From NCBI GenBank assembly GCA_033763455.1, contig JANRKO010000008.1:40051-104050 (forward strand): a DNA stretch of 64,000 nucleotides, written 5' to 3'. Below the pieces are notes generated by a model. It searched no databases and had not been told where the DNA came from. It saw only the letters and a program-made list of their open reading frames with translations. The first letter of the stretch is position 1. Each line of letters starts with the position of its first letter. Shown piece by piece: positions 58,091-64,000 of this stretch. A program made the translations under genes and the position numbers. The DNA is from Polyangiaceae bacterium. GTDB taxonomy: Bacteria; Myxococcota_A; Polyangia; Polyangiales; Polyangiaceae.

Positions 58091-58878
58091 CCGGGAAATC
58101 CGAATTTGGCGACAAACTCCCGGTGAATGTCGGGCACTTTTGGCGTGGAAAACTGGTCTTCTCGATAACCTGTCGCGATACCTTCAACTTGGATACTCTT
58201 GCCGAGCGAGGTGAACTTGGCTCGCCAATCCTTGTGTGCAAGGACTGAGTAGTCGCCTTCAACGCGGATCCGTCGATAAGCGTGCGGTGTAGCCCCCAGG
58301 CTCAAGGCTTGCTCAAGTACGGGCCGAAGCAAAACGCCGACTTCGGCGAGATACTGTAGCTGCTCTTGCGCGCGTGGCAGAAATGTAACCATGTGGCATC
58401 GAGCTTGGTCGCTCACGGTTGGGTCTTCCAGCCATCCCGCTGAAAGGGTCGATACCTCGCTTCTAGGTGGCGCATCTGCGTAGGGAATGTATGGCTTGAT
58501 ATCGAGCACGGGCGTGCCGTCCAGTAGATCCAGACCCTGGACATGCAGAAGCAGGCCCTCAACCTCCTTCAATCGGAGCAGGCTCATTCCGAGTGGGTTG
58601 GGTCGATAGGGCGATCGAGTGGCAAAGAGTCCTCGTTTCACTCCACTTCGAGGTGGACGCACTTTGGGCCGCCAGCCGTGGTTTCGGTCGAACCATGAAA
58701 GCACCCAGACGTGCGAAAAGCCTCCCAGATCCGAGAGGGCGTCTTCGAAACCTCGACCGGCAAAGAGCTCAATCACTCCTCCCACCTCGGGACGCGACAG
58801 GGCCTGGCGTGGTGCCTGGGAGCGCTCGACGAACGGGGAGTGGACGATGCCGATGGGGTTGAGGATGAGTTCCGTCAC
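58081..58878 (-). CDS. tsaA: tRNA m6t6A37 methyltransferase TrmO
   Basis: PIG..HSPF, APRQ, FSHVW, KVRPPR, GLFATRSPYRPNPLG, DLLDGTPVLDIKPY. Confidence 0.92.
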   Translation of the reverse strand: MTELILNPIGIVHSPFVERSQAPRQALSRPEVGGVIELFAGRGFEDALSDLGGFSHVWVLSWFDRNHGWRPKVRPPRSGVKRGLFATRSPYRPNPLGMSLLRLKEVEGLLLHVQGLDLLDGTPVLDIKPYIPYADAPPRSEVSTLSAGWLEDPTVSDQARCHMVTFLPRAQEQLQYLAEVGVLLRPVLEQALSLGATPHAYRRIRVEGDYSVLAHKDWRAKFTSLGKSIQVEGIATGYREDQFSTPKVPDIHREFVAKFGFPGYG

Positions 58879-58949
58879 GCGAATTCTCGATCATTATAGG
58901 GTTTTTTTGCCCCCTAGCCAAACCAGCACTCGCGGCTAGTATCCGCGCC

Positions 58950-60275
58950 GTGACCAGAATCGTGTGTAAGTTTGGTGGCTCAAGCGTCGCAAGCGCGGAG
59001 CAGCTGCGGAAAGTTCGAGCAATCGTAGAGGCGGACCCTCGACGTCGAGTCGTTGTGGTTTCCGCCCCAGGGAAGCGCAACAACGCGGAGGCAAAGGTGA
59101 CGGACCTCCTCTACTTGTGCCACCGCCTTGCGGCCGTGGGGCAGGACTTCTCTGGGCCATTTGGTACGATTCGCGAGCGCTTCACCGAGATCCAGAAAGA
59201 CCTCGGGCTGGGGAACGGTATTTTCGCTGAGTTGGACGCGCTTGAACGAAGCTTGCGCGGTGAGTGTACCCCAGATTTTGTGGCATCGCGAGGTGAGTAC
59301 TTGTTGGGGCGCCTAGCTGCGGAGTTTCTCGGCGCTAAGTTTGTGGAGCCGGCGGAGTGTGTACGCATTGCACCAAGTGGTTCGGTGCACCCAGAAACCT
59401 ATGAACTTCTAGCCCAGCGCTTGCAAGATCCTTCGGCGCTGTACGTGATCCCTGGGTTCTACGGCGCGGACTTGCAAGGGCACATCAAAACATTTTCGCG
59501 CGGCGGCTCTGATATTTCGGGCTCTATCGCGGCTCGCGCCATCCATGCGGAGTTGTACGAAAATTGGACGGACGTTTCTGGGCTGCTCATGGCCGACCCA
59601 CGCGTGATCGACGATCCGAAGCCGATGGTGGAGGTGACATACCGCGAGCTGCGCGAGCTATCCTACATGGGGGCCTCGGTGTTGCACGACGAAGCCACCT
59701 TGCCAGTGCGCGAAGTAAATATCCCGATCCAAATCAAAAACACGAACCAGCCAAACCACCAAGGGACGCGCATCGCCGAGCGGCTCAGCCGTGAGGTCGA
59801 CAAATCCACGGAGATTGCCGGCATCGCGGGGAAGAAAGGCTTTTCCATGATCGCCCTCGACAAGAGCTTGATGAACAAGGAAGTGGGCTTCGCCTATCGG
59901 CTGCTTGGCATTTTCGAGCGGCAGGGCCTGAGCGTGGAACATTGCCCTTCCAGCATCGACAGCATCAACGTGATCTTGGACAGCGCCATTTTAGGCGAAA
60001 AGCGGGACGCGGTGATCGATGAGATCAAGCGCTCCCTCCAACCCGATAAAATCACGTACGAGCCGGAGCTAGCCCTCATCGCCGTGGTAGGTGAGGGAAT
60101 GAGCCGCACGGTGGGAATTGCAGCCAAAGTATTTGTGGCGCTCCGCGATGCGAATGTGAACATCCGCGTTATCAATCAGGGCGCCTCCGAGCTCAACATT
60201 ATCATCGGCGTGGTGCCCGAGGATTTCGAGAAGGCTCAGCGAGCCCTCTACTCAGCATTCGTTTCGGCAGCCTAA
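58950..60275 (+). CDS. lysC: Aspartate kinase
   Basis: KFGGSSVA, VVVSAPGKR, SRGE, TFSRGGSD, YENWTDV, ADPR, two ACT domains. Confidence 0.92.
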   Translation: MTRIVCKFGGSSVASAEQLRKVRAIVEADPRRRVVVVSAPGKRNNAEAKVTDLLYLCHRLAAVGQDFSGPFGTIRERFTEIQKDLGLGNGIFAELDALERSLRGECTPDFVASRGEYLLGRLAAEFLGAKFVEPAECVRIAPSGSVHPETYELLAQRLQDPSALYVIPGFYGADLQGHIKTFSRGGSDISGSIAARAIHAELYENWTDVSGLLMADPRVIDDPKPMVEVTYRELRELSYMGASVLHDEATLPVREVNIPIQIKNTNQPNHQGTRIAERLSREVDKSTEIAGIAGKKGFSMIALDKSLMNKEVGFAYRLLGIFERQGLSVEHCPSSIDSINVILDSAILGEKRDAVIDEIKRSLQPDKITYEPELALIAVVGEGMSRTVGIAAKVFVALRDANVNIRVINQGASELNIIIGVVPEDFEKAQRALYSAFVSAA

Positions 60276-60312
60276 GGCTACCCCATCCGGTCGTCGAATT
60301 CGCGTTAGCTGG

Positions 60313-62076
60313 TTAGCGTCCTGGGGGAGCAAACGCGCCGCGGGCAGCTTTAGCTGGTGGGCCGCTCGGTGCGGGGCTGATACGCACTTCGGGGTCACGC
60401 TCGTCGGGGCGCCCGCTCTTTTTTGCGAACATGTTGGCCACAGCGCGGTTCACTTCGAGAGTGGTGAAGGCCTCTTCAATGCGAATGGCTCCGACATCCG
60501 CTCCGCTGATCCCTCCGCGCCGGCAGACCATGCTGAGGATCCGCTGTGGGGTTGCACCGTGGCGGTTGCCCATGCTCACGCGAAAACGCGCGAAGCCTTC
60601 CACGGATGTGCGCTCTTTTGGCCGAGCGTCGGGTGGCATCGTTCGGGGGCCGGCTCCCCGTGGCCCTGAAACTGGGCCACTTTGTGCTGCAAACGCCTTC
60701 GCCGGCGGGCCTTTTCTCATGGGCGTAGGGGCCGCGACACTCCGGAGTTCGCGCGGCTCGCAAGGGCCACCCTGGAGCTTAGTGTCCGCGAGCAAACGGG
60801 CCACGAGCTCGGCGGGATCTTGGTCAGTGAGCAACTCTTTGGCGAGCGTAAGGTAATCGAGCGAGCTTGGGATGGGGCGCGTGAGTTGATCGGCTACTTG
60901 CTGTTTCAAGCCTTCCAGTTGATTCTTCGAGATCATCGCCGCATCGGGCGCAGGCAGAAAGCGAGCCCGCACGCCGGCTATCGCGAATAGGCGTTCTGCG
61001 CGAGCTCGGGAGCGTGCTGGCACGAGCAGGATGCTTCGGCCCTTCTTGCCGGCCCTGCCCGTTCGTCCACTTCGATGCACATAGAGCTCTGCATCCGAGG
61101 GGGGATCAACGTGTATTACGAGCTCAATGTCTTCGACGTGAATACCGCGTGCTGCCACGTCGGTGGCTACCAGGATGCTGGTGTGCCCGCTCTTGAAAGC
61201 CGCGAGGGCGCGATCACGCTGCCGTTGTTCGAGCTCGCCGCTGATGGGAGCTGCTGAAAAGCCCTGCTCATTCAGAAAATCCGACAGATCTCGAACATCT
61301 TGTCGGGTGCGCGCGAAAACGAGCGTCTTTTGGCCGATAGAGGCGAGCAGGGTATTGATGAGTGCTCCCTCGCGATCGTCCGGGTGAATCAAATGGGCGA
61401 TGTGCTGGATGTCAGAGTTTGCTGAGCCGAGTGGCGTGCCTTCGAGCTGGACGGCCTTCTTTTGGTAACGCTCGGCGAGCCGTTTGATTTCGGGACGGAA
61501 CGTAGCTGAGACGAAGTGCGTGCGACGCGTGGGCGGGCAACTTTCAACGATCTGATCTAGCTCGTCGCGGAACCCAAGATCGAGCATCTGATCAGCCTCG
61601 TCGAGGACGAGCGTCTCGAGCGCGGAAAGGTCGAGAACCTTGGTGCGGATGTGGTCACACACTCGGCCGGGCGTACCCACCAAAATCCCACGGAACTTGT
61701 GGAGCAAACGGCGATCTCCAGAGACGCTGGTGCCTCCGGTTACCGAAACCACTGGGGCTTTCAGGTAGGAGAGGGCCCAGCGGAGCTCGCGCTCCACCTG
61801 AGTTGCCAATTCACGCGTCGGTACGATGACGGCCACACGTGGTACGGCACCGAGGAACTCAGGCCGCGCAACTTCCATTTGCCGCTCCCAGGTCTGAGCG
61901 AGCACCATCGCAAACGCTACCGTTTTGCCAGAGCCCGTCTGAGACGAGATCCGAAAGTCCACCTCTGCGGAGCCGTGGGCGCAAACCGCCTGTTGTACAG
62001 GGGTGAGGGAGGTAAAACCCTTATCGCGGAGAGTCTGAGCCAACCGCGCGTCAAGCAATTCAAATGCCGTATCCAT
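60313..62076 (-). CDS. DEAD-box RNA helicase with DbpA-type RNA-binding domain
   Basis: QTGSGKT, PTRELA, TPGR, LDEAD, SAT, ARGI, HRSGRTGRAG; C-terminal CRRGGI....VGAIRI. Confidence 0.93.
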   Translation of the reverse strand: MDTAFELLDARLAQTLRDKGFTSLTPVQQAVCAHGSAEVDFRISSQTGSGKTVAFAMVLAQTWERQMEVARPEFLGAVPRVAVIVPTRELATQVERELRWALSYLKAPVVSVTGGTSVSGDRRLLHKFRGILVGTPGRVCDHIRTKVLDLSALETLVLDEADQMLDLGFRDELDQIVESCPPTRRTHFVSATFRPEIKRLAERYQKKAVQLEGTPLGSANSDIQHIAHLIHPDDREGALINTLLASIGQKTLVFARTRQDVRDLSDFLNEQGFSAAPISGELEQRQRDRALAAFKSGHTSILVATDVAARGIHVEDIELVIHVDPPSDAELYVHRSGRTGRAGKKGRSILLVPARSRARAERLFAIAGVRARFLPAPDAAMISKNQLEGLKQQVADQLTRPIPSSLDYLTLAKELLTDQDPAELVARLLADTKLQGGPCEPRELRSVAAPTPMRKGPPAKAFAAQSGPVSGPRGAGPRTMPPDARPKERTSVEGFARFRVSMGNRHGATPQRILSMVCRRGGISGADVGAIRIEEAFTTLEVNRAVANMFAKKSGRPDERDPEVRISPAPSGPPAKAARGAFAPPGR

Positions 62077-62207
62077 GAAGTGCGGCGGACCCTAGCAGCT
62101 TTTTTGCGGATGACGAGAAAACGTAGGACCCGCGCCTACATTCGGCACAGGAGCTATGTAGCCTAAGTTCCGCTCTCGCCAGAATCCGAGGCGAAATCTA
62201 TTCCGAC

Positions 62208-62549
62208 CTAGCGTTGCATGACCTGCACCAAGAGGAGCGCGGCCCGCACGCGGTCCTCAGGAAGGCCGGCGCGCGCGGCCACCTCCGACACCCGAGCGGC
62301 CCTCCCGAGCTCGAGACGGAGCTCGCGAGCCGCATCGATAACCTGCCCGAGAGCCCCGGAAGGAAGCTCCGAAGTGTCCCCTCCCACGCGGCGCCCCGCG
62401 CGCTCCAGGTGCGCGAACACTTCTTCAAGCTCAGGAGGGGTTACCGCAAGTGCACCCAACCTGTCGCCGATCGCGTCTAGCTCAATGGTGGCGCCCGGGC
62501 TCGCTAGCAAGTCCTGAACCACAGCTATCAATTCTTGCCGCAACGTCAC
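62208..62549 (-). CDS. Small protein resembling sigma-70 region 1.1 plus region 3
   Basis: I.LD.I...L....VTPPELEEVFAHLERAG (1.1-like); ARELRLELGR...VSEVAARAGL...RVRAAL (region 3-like); start placed at GTG 62549. Confidence 0.55.
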   Translation of the reverse strand: MTLRQELIAVVQDLLASPGATIELDAIGDRLGALAVTPPELEEVFAHLERAGRRVGGDTSELPSGALGQVIDAARELRLELGRAARVSEVAARAGLPEDRVRAALLLVQVMQR

Positions 62550-62603
62550 CTTGTGGGATCTATCACGCTTTCGTGCATGGCCAAGAGGGCCTATATTCGA
62601 GAA

Positions 62604-62819
62604 ATGGATCTTATCCCAATGCGTGTCTACGGAAGCAGCGTTGAGGCTCAACTGGCGAAGTCACTGCTCGAATCGAGCGGTGTCACCTGCCATGTTGATG
62701 ACATGGATTTGCTGCAATCCACCTTGGGTCGGGTCACGCTCTACGTGGCTCAAGCCGACGTAGAGCGGGCGCGGGAGATACTCGGGGAAAACGACGAAGA
62801 TGGCGTGACCCACCGCTAG
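62604..62819 (+). CDS. DUF2007-family small protein
   Basis: Y.SSVEAQLAKSLLESSGV.C.V.D...V.LYV...D.ERAREIL; alternative start at 62577. Confidence 0.75.
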   Translation: MDLIPMRVYGSSVEAQLAKSLLESSGVTCHVDDMDLLQSTLGRVTLYVAQADVERAREILGENDEDGVTHR

Positions 62820-62831
62820 GAATTTAGCCTA

Positions 62832-63575
62832 TTGATGGAACACCAAGGCCTGGGGAGATGCGGGGTGGGGACGCTGGTTGTTGCGTGCCTGCTCGTTTTT
62901 TTCGGGTGCAGGCAGTCGGTTCCGGAATCTCGGGCGGGCGAGTCCTCTTTCGCTGAAGTTGGCGGAAGCACTGCTTCGCGGGTTCCGGTGGCGGCTACCC
63001 ACGTGCCCAAGGCCGCTCGTGTTGGGGGGGCAGGTGCGGAGGCGACGGGCAGCCTGGCGATCGCGGGTGCTGGTGGCAAATACGCCGCAAACGCGGACCC
63101 CGCGGGCGCCCCAACCCTGGACCCGGGCACGTTACCTCAAACGGACGAAAAGCCACAGGTTAACACTGAACACTTTCGAAAGCTCAGCCAAGCCCTGTTC
63201 GACGCGATACAGAACGACGACGCTGAGCTCGCGTTGCCCTATTTCTTCCCTAAAACAGCTTACGCGCAAGTAAAGGCGATCAAGAACCCTGGCCAAGATT
63301 GGGAGCGGCGCTTGGTGGCAGCTTTCCGTCGGGATATTCACGGATACCACTCTGTGCTTGGGCCCGGCGCGCGCTTCGTGGGCCTTCGCGTATCCGGCGC
63401 GAATACCCGATTCATGAAACGGGGGGCCGAGGGCAACCGGCTCGGGTATTTCCGGACCACTCGCGCGAGCCTTACGTATGCAGATTCGGCTGGACGGGAA
63501 CGGGCCTTGCTCGTGTCCAGCCTGATTTCGTGGCGAGGCCAATGGTACGTGGTGCACCTAAACGGCTTTCAGTGA
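62832..63575 (+). CDS. Hypothetical lipoprotein
   Basis: FFGC lipobox, Ala/Gly linker, conserved-looking domain FFP..AY.QVK...SLISWRGQWYVVHL. Confidence 0.7.
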   Translation: MMEHQGLGRCGVGTLVVACLLVFFGCRQSVPESRAGESSFAEVGGSTASRVPVAATHVPKAARVGGAGAEATGSLAIAGAGGKYAANADPAGAPTLDPGTLPQTDEKPQVNTEHFRKLSQALFDAIQNDDAELALPYFFPKTAYAQVKAIKNPGQDWERRLVAAFRRDIHGYHSVLGPGARFVGLRVSGANTRFMKRGAEGNRLGYFRTTRASLTYADSAGRERALLVSSLISWRGQWYVVHLNGFQ

Positions 63576-63678
63576 CCAGGGCTGGCGCTTAAGGGGGCGG
63601 CGTCGTACGCGTCAGAAAATGCGCAGCCCCTGCCCCCCAAGATCCCCCAAGAAAACCTCCGAAGATGGAGCCCAATGC

Positions 63679-63709
63679 TTGACAGCCTACGGGGCTTGTA
63701 AGTAAGGAT
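63679..63709 (+). promoter_or_regulatory. Probable sigma-70 promoter of tRNA-Gly
   Basis: TTGACA at 63679-63684 with a weak -10 (TAAGGAT region) about 11 nt before the tRNA. Confidence 0.45.
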
Positions 63710-63719
63710 GCAGCCCCTC

Positions 63720-63794
63720 GCGGGAGTAACTCAGTGGTAGAGTGCGACCTTGCCAAGGTCGACGTCGAGGGTTCGAATCCCTTCTCCCGCTCCA
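63720..63794 (+). tRNA. tRNA-Gly (GCC)
   Basis: GCGGGAG/CTCCCGC acceptor stem, D-loop AGTGGTA, anticodon arm CGACC-TTGCCAA-GGTCG, GGTTCGAATCC T-arm, encoded CCA. Confidence 0.97.
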
Positions 63795-63822
63795 AGTCGC
63801 AGTCCGGTTAGCTCGGGGCCGC

Positions 63823-63850
63823 GGTGAGCTCTTCTTCAGAAGAGCTCACC
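63823..63850. terminator. Perfect 12-bp hairpin downstream of tRNA-Gly
   Basis: GGTGAGCTCTTC-TTCA-GAAGAGCTCACC followed by an A-run. Confidence 0.7.
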
Positions 63851-63860
63851 CGCAAAAAGA

Positions 63861-64000
63861 GGGTCTTCTCGCTCGATGGTGGGTGGGACCGGAAAGCTGA
63901 TTAAGCACAAGCGTTTAGAAGTCTGAGGCGGTAGTTGGTGAAGCTCCTATAGCCGTAGGCACGGCGTTTGACGAGCTTGGCCTTGCAGTTGAAGCCTTCG
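63861..64000 (-). mobile_element. End of an ISL3-family insertion sequence (continues beyond the window)
   Basis: Terminus GGGTCTTC at 63861 resembles ISL3 GG(C/G)TCT ends; adjacent AT-rich 8-mer CAAAAAGA; transposase C-terminus lies inside. Confidence 0.8.
63901..64000 (-). CDS. ISL3-family transposase, C-terminal fragment (partial)
   Basis: Manual translation EGFNCKAKLVKRRAYGYRSFTNYRLRLLNACA* matches the ISL3 EG.N...K..KR.AYG.R....YRLR motif. Confidence 0.85.
   Translation of the reverse strand, partial: EGFNCKAKLVKRRAYGYRSFTNYRLRLLNACA

Noticed and set aside
63589..63795. 68-aa ORF MEREKGFEPST...
   Set aside because: Antisense translation of tRNA-Gly.
63720..64000. Integrase-mediated island attached at tRNA-Gly
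   Set aside because: No integrase or duplicated tRNA 3' end in the window; the adjacent element is an ISL3 IS.

Overview
GC-rich bacterial chromosomal segment, most likely Myxococcota (Polyangiaceae-like; inferred from RomX-like and CdbA-like proteins, myxobacterial Cys-rich repeats and a DUF1592/DUF1552 pair). All calls come from reading motifs by eye; no database searches were run. The backbone is housekeeping: RluA/RluB pseudouridine synthases, MoxR, asnS, ygfZ, cysK, mazG, rlmN, biotin carboxylase, phosphomannomutase, Hsp20, an M16 peptidase pair, lepA, purL, glutamate dehydrogenase, a TrmA/RlmD-like methyltransferase, tsaA, aspartate kinase, a DEAD-box helicase and tRNA-Gly(GCC). Accessory material includes (1) a VapBC toxin-antitoxin pair with a repeat operator; (2) a ~9 kb mosaic island (32.8-42.1 kb) with two AraC regulators, a heme-c DUF1592 lipoprotein, a Tat-exported DUF1552 protein and a multidomain PL7 alginate-lyase lipoprotein, interleaved with gene debris (GNAT pseudogene, 5'-truncated ECF sigma, DUF4143 remnant); and (3) the end of an ISL3-family IS at the right edge, missed by the ORF track. 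The best candidates for undescribed systems are the AraC/DUF1592/DUF1552/PL7 island, a DUF455 di-iron protein + ATP-grasp ligase + hybrid kinase operon, a VKOR-DsbA/Cys-rich OmpA-like/TlpA operon, an Ntn amidotransferase with its catalytic Cys replaced by Ala, and a small protein that resembles only sigma-70 regions 1.1 and 3.
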